64,000 nucleotides of DNA, from positions 58,466,001 to 58,530,000 of the forward strand of contig OZ024742.1 of the NCBI GenBank assembly GCA_964016885.1. The letters are read 5' to 3'. The notes under the pieces are model-generated. The model saw only the letters and a program-made list of their open reading frames with translations. It did no database searches and was not told the DNA's origin. Source of the DNA: Eledone cirrhosa. Lineage: Eukaryota. A program made the position numbers and the translations under genes. Positions 24,608 through 36,750 of this stretch are shown in pieces. The first letter of the stretch is position 1. Each line of letters opens with the position of its first letter.

Positions 24608-25357
24608 ATCGAAAAGTAACCAGTTAAGCGATAGTATGGGCCTCTGACTTATGATTGGTCCACGTAATAATGGTGGTGCGTGGGGGCGGGTGGGAGGGAT
24701 GATGGGTTGTTAGCGAGAATGTAAGGTTTAAGATAAGATCGCCGTATTTTGGGCATAATTTAACAATAAACGAAAATACAAGATTTGTTTTGTTTAAGAA
24801 AATACGATAGAGAAAATGCGGTGATAGGGAAAATATGATTTTTAGAGAAAAAAATATGATATAGAATGGTGAAAATATGATATAGTGTGAAATTAGGACA
24901 TAGAATAGTGATTGAATGAATGGATTCGAATGGAGAGAAGAGTCGAGAAAAATATTTGAACGTTACTTTATACCGCAGGAACAGCCATCCCAGGAATAGC
25001 GAGTTGGCGATTTTGACTAATTTTGGTAGGGTTTATCTTATATGTATAGAGAGGGGGGGGGGGAGACCAGCATGATGTATGGGTAGGGGGGTAGAAGATG
25101 GGATGGAGCAGAGGTTAAGAGTTTAAATAGGTACTCGAAGTTTTGCGTAAAACTTAGCAAGTTTAACAAAATATATTTAAGGAATATATAATAGTGATTT
25201 GTTTTGTTATGAAAATACGACAGAATATGAAAATATGACATATATATATATATATATCATCATCATCTTCCTTTAACGTCCAGCGTGGAAGATGGACGTT
25301 AAACGAAGATGATGATGATGATGATATATATATATATATATAATATAATATATAATA

Positions 25358-26009
25358 TAACGAAGCCTGTATGCTCCGATGGATGTGTAACAGTAATATA
25401 CGTGAACGACAAAGCATAAATGAATTGAGAGAGAGACTGAGCATAAGAGGAATCAAATGCTGTGTGCAGGAGAGGCGGTTGCGCTGGTATGGACATGTGA
25501 TGCGTATGAAGGATGACAGCTGCATAAAAAGGTGCAGAGCACTAGAAGTTGATGGAAACCGCGGAGTGGGGAGACCCAAGATGACCTGGGATGAGGTGAT
25601 AAAAGCCGACCTTACCCAATTGCACCTCTCAAAGACAATGACACACGACCGTGACTTCTGGCGTCACGCAGTAATACAGAGTACCCGACCTCCCATGGGT
25701 ACAAGCTGAAGCATATAGACAATATGCCCCCCCCCCCCACCGCAAGGTGGTCGTGGAGGTGCCACGGCAAAAAAGCACCCAGCCCATACTGTAAAGTGGA
25801 CGTGTAGGCGCCACAAAAAGCACCCAGCACTCACTGTAAATGAGGTTGGTGTTAGGAAGGGCATCCAGCTGTAGAAATCAAGCCAAATCAGTTCCTGTAT
25901 GAGCAAGGCATGGTCAGCCGACCAGACACTGCCCACAACAGGACAACCCGTCTAACCCATGCTAGCATGGAAGAACGGACGTAAAACGGTGATGATGATG
26001 ATGATGATG
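25358..26009 (+). mobile_element. 5'-truncated RTE LINE, subfamily B
   Basis: ORF end MLRWMCNSNIRERQS..RLRWYGHV..GRPKMTW, then 3' UTR and (GAT)n tail; TA-rich flanks. Confidence 0.9.
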
Positions 26010-26041
26010 AATATATATATATATTATATATATATATATAT

Positions 26042-26082
<41 letters not shown>

Positions 26083-26088
<6 letters not shown>

Positions 26089-26576
26089 CGTAGTTTAGAA
26101 AGCCACAACAATGCAGAGGGAAATCTCGAGGTAGGAAGTGAATGATAGATAGGAGAAATAGGATAAAGTGAAAATTGAGAGAGACAAAGATGAAAACAAA
26201 ACAAAGGTAGAAGGGTTACCATAGTGGAGATTTAATCCCAATATTTCGGGCTCACGCCCATCAATGGGGGAAAGTTCCAAAAGGGAGGGAACAGGCTAAG
26301 CGGAGAAAGTTGTGATGTCGTTAAAACAGGAATGCTTTTTGGAACTTTCGCCCGTTGATGGGCGTGAGCCCGAAATATTGGGATTAAATCTCCACTGCGG
26401 TAACCCTTCTACCTTTGTTTTGTTTTCATCTTCGTCTCTCTCAATTTTCACTTTATCCTATTTCTCCTATCTATCATTCACTTCCTACCTCGAGATTTCC
26501 CTCTGCATTGTTGTGGCTTTCTAAACTACGTATTTTACACATTTCACAATGCTTCAAGCAAACTTTAACACCCTCT

Positions 26577-26578
<2 letters not shown>
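26083..26578. mobile_element. PLE pLTR-like fold-back: arms of about 200 bp (26083-26283 / 26336-26536) around a spacer of about 50 bp
   Basis: Few mismatches between arms; degenerate hammerhead-like TTGATG-GGCGTGAGCC-CGAAATATT; (TA)n on both sides. Confidence 0.7.
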
Positions 26579-26607
<29 letters not shown>

Positions 26608-26625
26608 TATATTATATATATATAT

Positions 26626-27235
26626 AATATTTATTAAAATAACAGATTAAAGTTTAAGCAAAGAATCGCTGCTTTCACCCTTAACGGGATCTTCTGAAAC
26701 TAAAAAAAATCAATCTGTGAACGCAGAAGTAAATATTTCGAAAAACGTGGTTTTGTCTTTGCGTGTAATTGTTCTCATCGTTCCACATAACGACGTATTA
26801 TCTTCGTTTTTTCCATTCATTGCCAGAGAACGTCTCCACGAACCACCTAATAGAATATTAGTCTATGACTTCATTTATACCATAAACGTGGTTTTGTCTT
26901 TGCGTGTAATCGTTTTCACCGCTCCAAATAATGACGTATTATCTTCGTTTTTTTCCGTTCTTTGCCAGGGAACGTTTCCACGAACCAAAGTATCGTCTTC
27001 CTGTCTTCCTTCGGTTGCAACGTTTTTCGAAATATTTACTTCTGCGTTCACAGATTGATTTTTTAGTTTCAGAAGATCCCGTTAAGGGTGAAAGCAGCGA
27101 TTCTTTGCTTAAACTTTAATCTGTTATTTTAATAAATATTTGCACTACGGTTCTTATATATTTGATATATATTTATCCTTATCGAGCCCTCTTTGGATTT
27201 TAGTCTTCAAATTTATTATTATTACTATATATATA
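26626..27235 (+). mobile_element. PLE pLTR fold-back (arms 26626-26748 / 27020-27140) of the Neptune family at 35682-36750
   Basis: Inverted arms, an internal direct repeat (26744-26845 / 26884-26985), and near identity with 35682-35838, which adjoins the GIY-YIG ORF. Confidence 0.8.
27065..27115 (+). ncRNA. Variant type I hammerhead ribozyme motif (core CAGAAGA)
   Basis: Stem I AGTTT/AAACT, core CAGAAGA, stem II CCC/GGG, GAAA, stem III AGCA/TGCT, triplet CUU. Also at about 18077-18127 (+), 26651-26701 (-) and, with a further core change, 35702-35752 (-). Confidence 0.45.
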
Positions 27236-27248
27236 ATATATATGTATA

Positions 27249-28538
27249 GGCATACGTCAAAACGGCCGGTCGCAAAAGTGAAACTAATTTTTGACGACAG
27301 TTACGTACGTCATTATTTTCAATTTGGATTGTGAATTTGTTTGTTTTTTTACAACAGGTCTCAATAGTGAAAGTGAATTTTGTTGATGGTGTTAGTTAGT
27401 ATTGCGTGTACGTGATAATTTTTTTAAATTCTTTTTTTGTGTATTGTGTGTACGGAAATTTTTTTTAAAAATAATGACATTGTGTGTTGAAATAAATAAA
27501 TATTGAAAATCCTTATTTAAATAATGACATTGTGTGTTGAAATAAATAAATATTGAAAATCCTTATTACACCCTATAAATAGCTGAAATACAGTTGATCA
27601 TCTCGCCAAACTTGTTGGCACCAACTCTCTGTCGCCAAAGAAATTAAAGTAGGGTCATAAGAAGGACAGAGAATGATAAGGGATTTGGGTCAGAGGGGCA
27701 GCTTGGGGTCAGAAAGGCAGATTGGCGTCAGAAGGGCTGGGAAATTTTTTTTTTTTTTTTTAAACGAAGCACTGAAGGGCTGGATTGTAATACAGTGTCA
27801 CATCAAATATGGCTGGACGAGTGTATGGTCGCGTTACCTTAGTTGAAGATATTTTGGATACCAATGCTATTCTTAATCGTTTTGAAACAGTGTATACACT
27901 GTTCCCGGCGATACACGGTGACACGTTGTGTATGTTACAGTGGTTGGCGAGTCGGCGTCTGTTGGCGAACAGTATGAATTGTCCTGTCTGCAATGAGGCG
28001 TGCACATTGCAAAGAAATTCTGAGGGGATTGATAAATGGAGATGGCGATGCGCCCGCGACAAATTTAGTCAATCGGTGCGACGGAATTCTTTATTTTATC
28101 GAAACCGTGTTCGACTCGAACACCTTAATGGCATTATCTATATGTGGTGCTACGATCATGCCCAAACTGAGATGATGAGAGAAACAGGACTTAGCAAGCC
28201 GACAATTATAGACTGGCGCAATTTCCTTAGAGAAATTTGTGAGCAGTATTTGGAGGCGAATCCTCAACAGCTTGGAGGATTCGATGAGAAGGGTGCCAAC
28301 AAGTTTGGCGAGATGATCAACTGTATTTCAGCTATTTATAGGGTGTAATAAGGATTTTCATAAGGTACGTCAATTTATATTTTATATGCAACAAACGTAT
28401 AACTATGTAGTTATCACTTTCACTATTGAGACCTGTTGTAAAAAAACAAACAAATTCACAATCCAAATTGAAAATAATGACGTACGTAACTGTCAAAAAT
28501 TAGTTTCACTTTTGCGACCGGCCGTTTTGACGTATGCC
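27249..28538 (+). mobile_element. Merlin/ISXO2 (IS1016-like) DNA transposon, internally deleted
   Basis: Terminal inverted repeats (TIRs) of about 125 bp starting GGCATACGTC; 8-bp flanks TATGTATA / TATATATA; a second inner inverted repeat at 27554-27622 / 28292-28360. Confidence 0.85.
27809..28348 (+). pseudogene. Truncated Merlin/ISXO2 transposase (Zn ribbon + HTH; DDE domain deleted)
   Basis: CPVC..WRWRC..SVR.NS.F..TIIDW.NFLREIC..LGG. Similarity breaks off where the VEIDE catalytic motif should follow, and the ORF reads into the inner inverted repeat. Confidence 0.8.
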
Positions 28539-28565
28539 TATATATATTATATATATATATAATAT

Positions 28566-28597
<32 letters not shown>

Positions 28598-28728
28598 ATA
28601 TATATATATAATATATATATATATAATATATATATATAATATATATATATAATATATATATATATATATAATATATATATATAATATATATATATAATAT
28701 ATATATATATATAATATATATATATAAT

Positions 28729-28760
<32 letters not shown>

Positions 28761-28762
28761 AT

Positions 28763-28794
<32 letters not shown>

Positions 28795-28796
28795 AT

Positions 28797-28830
<34 letters not shown>

Positions 28831-29411
28831 ATATATATATATAATATATATATATAATATATATATATAATATATATATATATATAATATATATATATAT
28901 AATATATATATATATAATATATATATATATAATATATATATATATAATATATATATATATATATAATATATATATATATATAATATATATATATATATAA
29001 TATATATATATATAATATATATATATATATAATATATATATATATAATATATATATATATATAATATATATATATATATAATATATATATATATAATATA
29101 TATATATATATAATATATATATATATATAATATATATATATATAAAATATATATATATATATAATATATATATATATATAAAATATATATATATATATAA
29201 TATATATATATATATTATATATACATATATATATATAAAATATATATATATATATATTATATATACACACACATATATATATATATATATATATTATACA
29301 TATATATATATATATAATATATATATATTATACATACATATATATATATATATATAATATATATATATTATACATACATATATATAATATATATTATACA
29401 TACATATATAT

Positions 29412-29443
<32 letters not shown>

Positions 29444-29562
29444 ATATATATATATTATACATACATACATATATATATATATAATATATATATATTATAC
29501 ATACATACATATATATATATATAATATATATATATTATACATACATACATATATATATATAT
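28539..29562. repeat. Interrupted (TA)n satellite of about 1 kb
   Basis: Direct observation. Similar tracts at 31760-32538, 34293-34950, 35147-35681 and 59339-59459; (GA)n at 20542-20619. Confidence 0.97.
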
Positions 29563-29636
29563 AAGTATTGAAATTTCCGTTGGAAACAGAAAAGGTCATA
29601 GAAATGAAGAGTGCTCTATGTAAATATATATAATAC

Positions 29637-29673
<37 letters not shown>

Positions 29674-29708
29674 ATATAAAATCAAAAGATGGTTAAAAGA
29701 GTTCCATG

Positions 29709-29779
29709 TATTTTATTGTGCACATTTCAAAAACAAATATTATCATGGGATGATATTTGCGTTCTCATCAGATAAAATA
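29709..29779 (-). ncRNA. Degenerate hammerhead motif in a PLE-like pLTR
   Basis: TATTTTAT-CTGATGA-long stem II-GAAA-TGTGCACA-ATAAAATA. The NUH cleavage triplet is missing, so it is probably inactive. Confidence 0.45.
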
Positions 29780-30140
29780 GGGAGACATGATATGAAGCTT
29801 AAAAAACACTTGTGAGCAGTGAAGTGTTAAATAAACATATGAAAAATAAAATAAGATGGATATATGAGATTGGGAAAAAAAAGGAAAGGAAGGGGGGAAG
29901 GAAAAGGTAAGGAAGAGGAAGAAAGAATATAAGAAAAAAAAAATAATAATAAGGAAAGGATGACGGAGGAGGAGTATAAGAAGGAAGGATGAAAGAGGAG
30001 GAGAAAATGAGTGAGAGGGAGAGAGAGATAACCTTTAATACTGAGAAACGCTGTCCCACAGAGAGAAATAAAAAAAAAACCGTTGTAAGATAATACATAA
30101 TTTTTAGAAAATTTAGAAATTAAAAGTTAATGAGGTTTTT

Positions 30141-31690
30141 AACCTTGCTGACTATTTCTTTATACATGTATAAAGAAACAGTCAGCAAGGTTAGAATTAA
30201 CAGTCAGCCAGGTTAGAATTAACAACGAATATAGTGAAGAGTTCAGCGTAAAAGTTGGTGTTCATCAGGCTCCGTTCTTCGCCCCCTACTATTTATTATT
30301 GCCCGTCACGCTATAACAGAGGAGTTCAAGACCGGCTGCCCATAGGAACTCCTATACGCAGATCATCTAACGCTCATAGCTGAATCAATGGCTGAACTAG
30401 AGAAGAAATTTCAAACATGGAAGCATGGCCTAGAATCAAAAGGCCTTAAAATTAACCTGTCTAAGACTAAAGTTCTAGTCTGTAGGAAGGAAAATAGGGC
30501 ACCTGTCCCATCCGGGAAATGGCCATGCTCAGTGTGTAGGAAAGGAATAGGTAGAAACTCCATTTTATGTCCCAAATGCAAAGTATGGGTGCATAAAAGA
30601 TGTAGTGGTATCACAGGTAAGCTAACTAAGAATATAGATTTTATATGTGGCCGATGCTCTGGTGCAATAAGTAGCAGCAAGTGCCCACAGAATACTAGCT
30701 CATTCCATTGCACAGATGGTTCTATAGAAATAGTGGACACCTTCCGTTACTTGGGTGACAAAATCAGCAGTGGTGGAGGGTGCTCTGAAAGTACAGTAGC
30801 TAGAGTCAGAACTGGATGGAAAAAGTTCAGAGAGCTTATACCACTATTAGCCGCTAAAGGGTTCTCTCTAAAAATGAAAGGCAGGCTGTATGATGCTGCA
30901 TACGAACAGCAATGTTACATGGCAGTGAGACCTGGGCATTGTGTGCAGAGGATATACGCAGACTGGAGAGGAACGAAGCTTGCATGCTCCGCTGGATGGA
31001 TGTGTAATAGTAATATACGTGAACGGCAAAGCATAAATAAACTAAGGGAAAAATTAGAAATAAGAGGAATCAGATGTTGTTTACTCGAGAGAAGACTATG
31101 TTGGTATGGTCACGTGATGCGCATGAAAGACGACAGCTGTATAAAAAAAGTGCAGGGCAATAAAAATAGACGGTAGCCACGGAGTAGGCAGACCCAGAAA
31201 AACCTGGGATGACTTGATAAATTCCGACCTCACACACTTACACCTCTCCAAGACAATGTCACTGGACCGAGATCTTTGGCGCTACACAGTAATACAGAAG
31301 TCCCGCCTTGCCTAAGTACAAAGCGAAACCTACAGTCAGTAGGCACCTCTAACAAAAATACACCCCCGTCCCACCACCCCATCCACACCACCCCTTTCGA
31401 TGTAAAGTTATGTTGGTACCACAACATCCAGGCCGAAACAAATGAGGTCGTGTAGGTGTCACGCAAAAAAACACAGTCCACGCTGTAATGTGGCCGTGTA
31501 GGTAACACGGTAAAAACCTCCCAGTCCACACTGTAAACGTAGTTGGTGTTGGGAAGAGCACCCAGCCGTAGAAAATCCGCCACACAGTCCTATACGAGCA
31601 AGACAACCAATCTTGCCTCAAGTGGGAAAATTCCCGTCCAAACCCATGCAAGCGTGGAAGATGGACGTTAAACGATGATGATGATGATGA
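30141..31690 (+). mobile_element. 5'-truncated, frameshifted RTE subfamily A copy
   Basis: Highly similar to the 3' third of the full-length element, including the PHD finger; (GAT)n tail; hairpin at the 5' junction. Confidence 0.92.
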
Positions 31691-32123
31691 TATATATAAT
31701 ATATATATATATAAATGAAAGGTATAGAAATTGTTTTAGCGAGAAGCTAACAGTATTCTATAATATATATATATATATAATATATATATAATATATATAT
31801 ATATATTATATATATAATATATATATATATAATATATATATTATATATATATATATATTATATATATAATATATATATATATAATATATATATTATATAT
31901 ATATATATTATATATATATATAATATATATATATATTATATATATATATAATATATATATATACATATATATATAATATATATATATACATATATATATA
32001 ATATATATATATACATATATATATAATATATATATATACATATATATATAATATATATATATACATATATATATAATATATATATATACAATATATATAT
32101 ATATATATATACAATATATATAT

Positions 32124-32261
<138 letters not shown>

Positions 32262-32267
32262 TATAAT

Positions 32268-32342
<75 letters not shown>

Positions 32343-32350
32343 TATATAAT

Positions 32351-32433
<83 letters not shown>

Positions 32434-32668
32434 ATATATATATATATATAGAATATATATATATATTATATATATAATATATATATATACATATATATAT
32501 AATATAATATATATATATATATATATAATATATATATGCAAAAGTTTTATTTAAAATTGTTGGGTTACAACGAGTAAATATTTTATAACTGATATAAAAG
32601 CACTCAACAGTTTCTGGAGTAGGTTTACGATATTAAACAAATGGAAACTATATTTATAAAACCATATT

Positions 32669-32734
32669 TATTTCGTTATATATATTTCTGGGATATCATA
32701 TTAAAAATATGGTATGCCTTCCTCAGACAAAATA
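32669..32734 (-). ncRNA. Minimal type I hammerhead ribozyme in a PLE pLTR (about 32539-33110)
   Basis: Stem I TATTTTGT/ACGAAATA, core CTGAGGA, imperfect long stem II, GAAA, palindromic stem III TATATA, AUA triplet. Confidence 0.6.
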
Positions 32735-33234
32735 CAATACATAAGCTGTTTTATAAATAATTTTGACATACCTTATAATAATGCAACTTCCATTTAAAAA
32801 GTTGATTTGGTAGTGAAACTGTTATGACAGTTATATAGAAAGAAAAACGAAGATGAAAAGAAGAAGATGAAGAGATGTATGTAAATAAAAAAAGAAGAAG
32901 ATGAAGAGATGTATGTAAAGAAAAACAACAGAGCGAGATAGAGAGAGAAGGAGATATGGGAGAGAGAAATACATTGAGGAAGTGAAAAAATATAGTAGGC
33001 AGCTTTTGGACAGATGATCATCGTATATGTGAGAGGTTAAGGAGGGAAGGGGTACAGTTAAACTAGCCGACACATAAATCACGTCCAGTGTAGAGGAGAA
33101 AAAGAAAGAAAGATGATATATTTAAAATATATTAAAAATATATATTATGTCTCATCCATTTGAATTATCAATTTTTATGAATTAGGTATTATAATGTAAA
33201 TATCAGTATTCATGAATGAGACACATATCCATAT

Positions 33235-33584
33235 TGCTTAGTTGGAGATATAGTGTGCAACTGTGGTGTTGAAACTGATTTAGATTCTTTTTGTGTTGGT
33301 TCCGCCTCGACGGAATTTGGACTTCGCTGTAGTAGTCACGGGGGTTCTTTCACGGATCCAGATAGAGGGTCTTCGGCATCGCTGTCGGGCTTGCTCTGGC
33401 AGCTTGGGCATGGTGGGGTTGGATATTCGATGGTTTGGAATGTGGTCTCAGGGGGGATTCCTTTTGGTTCCTCTTCTGAGACATGTGACCTCTGCGCGGA
33501 GGAGATGTTCTTTGTGCTAAAGTCTAGAGGTTCCCTTAATTTACGAGCCGGTTTGTTCAGCTGCTGCGGACATGGATTGAACTC
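33235..33584 (+). pseudogene. Neptune-type PLE GIY-YIG endonuclease fragment, A-to-G hypermutated
   Basis: Collinear with the Neptune ORF at 36043-36750 (CL..xIVxxC, xxG, F..R, H..SF, SLS..W.L, CDLC, LN, C.H.L). The conserved Y/I/T/K residues are changed by A>G. Confidence 0.85.
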
Positions 33585-33784
33585 NNNNNNNNNNNNNNNN
33601 NNNNNNNNNNNNNNNNNNNNNNNNNNNNNNNNNNNNNNNNNNNNNNNNNNNNNNNNNNNNNNNNNNNNNNNNNNNNNNNNNNNNNNNNNNNNNNNNNNNN
33701 NNNNNNNNNNNNNNNNNNNNNNNNNNNNNNNNNNNNNNNNNNNNNNNNNNNNNNNNNNNNNNNNNNNNNNNNNNNNNNNNNNNN
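33585..33784. other. Assembly gap (200 N)
   Basis: Run of N. Confidence 1.
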
Positions 33785-34208
33785 ATGTAACAAGTCTTTA
33801 ACTGGTTGCTTTACTGTGAGCACCCAGCTATTCTGTATGTAAACACACAGACAAACCGGTTTTTAGAGTCATACTGGTTTTTGAGGGAACACCTTCCCTC
33901 TATTCTCCAGAAAGCCAGACAAGGAATATTGAACTAGTTTCGTTGTTGTTACAACTCATCAGCAATATTTACCTATCTACCGGCCCTTCTGGAGAATTGT
34001 CCAGAAGGGCCGGTAGATAGGTAAATATTGCTGATGAGTTGTAACAACAACGAAACTAGTTCAATATTCCTTGTCTGGCTTTCTGGAGAATAGAGGGAAG
34101 GTGTTCCCTCAAAAACCAGTATGACTCTAAAAACCGGTTTGTCTGTGTGTTTACATACAGAATAGCTGGGTGCTCACAGTAAAGCAACCAGTGAAAGACT
34201 TGTTACAT
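33785..34208. repeat. Near-perfect palindrome (209-bp arms, 6-nt loop) of a PLE pLTR
   Basis: The arms differ at one position that I could see; centre TTCTGGA-GAATTG-TCCAGAA. The left end abuts the gap. Confidence 0.9.
34024..34068 (+). ncRNA. Minimal type I hammerhead ribozyme (mirror copy at 33925-33969, minus strand)
   Basis: Stem I AATATTG/CAATATT, CTGATGA, stem II GTTGT/ACAAC, GAAA, palindromic stem III ACTAGT, GUU triplet. Stem I is extended by TCCAGAAGGGCC / GGCTTTCTGGA. Confidence 0.85.
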
Positions 34209-34334
34209 ATACATATGTATAAGTGTGTGTATTCATATACACACTAGTATTTCAGTATGCATATGTAGATGTAATTTTTTTAACTTAATTGTTTATATAT
34301 AAATATATATATATATATAAATATATATATAAAT

Positions 34335-34365
<31 letters not shown>

Positions 34366-34600
34366 AATATATATATAAATATAAATATATATATAAATAT
34401 ATATATAAATATAAATATATATATAAATATATATATAAATATAAATATATATATAAATATATATATAAATATAAATATATATATAAATATATATATAAAT
34501 ATAAATATATATATAAATATATATATAAATATATACATAAATATAAATATATATATATATAAATATATATAAATATATACATAAATATAAATATATATAT

Positions 34601-34938
<338 letters not shown>

Positions 34939-35149
34939 TATATATATAAATATAACAAGATAAGCAGAACAAGTAAAATTCAACCAATTTTTCAAAATAA
35001 ATCAAAATTAATATACAATTAAAATTAATCAAAATTAAAAAATATAATATAAATATTTACCTATTCAAATGGCCCTAACTGTACAGTTTCACGGTGCAAA
35101 ACATTAAATATCACGAGGATATTAATGGAAAAGCAACGATCATCAATAT

Positions 35150-35184
<35 letters not shown>

Positions 35185-35681
35185 CATATAAATATATATA
35201 TAAATAAATATATATATATATATAAATATATATATATATAAATAAATATATATATATATAAATAAATATATATATATATAAATAAATATATATATATATA
35301 AATAAATATATATATATATAAATAAATATATATATATATAAATAAATATATATATATATAAATAAATATATATATATATATAAATATATATATATATAAA
35401 TAAATATATATATATATAAATAAATATATATATATATAAATAAATATATATATATATAAATAAATATATATACATATAAATAAATATATATATATATAAA
35501 TAAATATATATATATATATATATAAATAAATATATATATATATAAATAAATATATATATATATAAATATATATATATATAAATATATATATAAATATATA
35601 TATAAATATATAAATATATATATAAATATATAAATATATATATAAATATATAAATATATATCTAAATATATATATATATAT

Positions 35682-36750
35682 TTATTAAAATAACAGATTA
35701 AAGTTTAAGCAAAGAATCGCTGCTTTCACCCTTAACGGGATCTTCTCAAACTAACAAAGTCAATCTGTAAACGCAGAAGTGGATATTTCAAAAAACGTTG
35801 CAACCGGAGGAAGACAGGAAGACGATACTTTGGTTCGTATACACATAGCCAAACCATATGTACCAGAATATATAAAATTATACGCCATAACATAAACAAT
35901 CAAATATACGTACGAGAAGGTATACGTACCTTCACAAAACATACGGGTCATATATACTTACCTATGCAAATAAGTAATGGTATAAACAAAACATATACTT
36001 AGCTCCCACATCAAGACGTAAAATATCCACGTATAAATCGTACTATCCGTTAGAGTATAACGTGGGGCTGTAATACAGGAAAGTTTTGTGCAATTTATGT
36101 TTACAAGCCGAAATTGCCTCAGATTTTTTGTTTAAGATGTGGTCTGTAGCGTAGAGTATTGCCAGGGCCTCAGCGGCGCAGAGGTCACATCGTCTTTTAT
36201 TTCCGTTATACGATCTAGCCCTAGCTAGGATCTCTCAGTGTAACTTATATTGGGTGTGGTTGTCTTTTAGACTCCAGATATAAGCTGAAAGTGACGTCAT
36301 ATTCCTTCTTAGAGGGTAACGAAAAGAATGGGTATGCATGTAAAGACGCTGCTTGAATCTATTGGCGGTTAACCCTATGTAGGCCCTACGGAACGTGGGT
36401 GTTACAACCTTACATTTGTAGACAATGTTACTCGAGAGGCATTTCCCGGATAGGGGGCAATCAACCCGATTCCTACAATTACAGTTAGTACTAACTACAG
36501 GGTTGCACGTGTTCCTACGGCTAGGTAGTTTAGCTAAATTTGAAGCTGTGATGTTATGTGCAAGGTTAGGAGTCGTAGAGTAAGAAATTTTAATAGTATT
36601 TCTATTAAAAACTTTACTATATTTATGTGTAGGGGGAAAATGCTTCGTAATAAGGGAAAGAAAGATCTTAGCTAATGGTGTGGCCACCTCCATATTATAT
36701 GGTGGGTTATACCAACAAATGTGACGGGATCTATTTCTTCTAGGTCTATT
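35682..36750 (-). mobile_element. 5'-truncated Neptune-clade PLE (RT thumb/linker, Cys-rich motif, GIY-YIG, pLTR)
   Basis: WYNPPY, FPPTHKYSKVFNRNTIKISYS, CNC..CPLSGKC..NIVYKC..YIGLT..FKQR..H..SF..TSLS.Y.W.LK. One TGA replaces a Trp, then CDLC..LN..CKH to the stop at 36043. Confidence 0.92.

Larger units (their letters stand above)
20868..25240 (-). mobile_element. Apparently full-length RTE LINE (subfamily A) in (TA)n
   Basis: Intact 1006-aa ORF, 3' UTR ending in (GAT)n at 20868-20886, and (TA)n on both sides. The 5' boundary is inferred from where (TA)n resumes. Confidence 0.9.

Noticed and set aside
30241-30370. Cluster of substitutions in the truncated RTE copy as a second editing tract
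   Set aside because: The changes are of mixed type and include an indel; they are not A>G biased.
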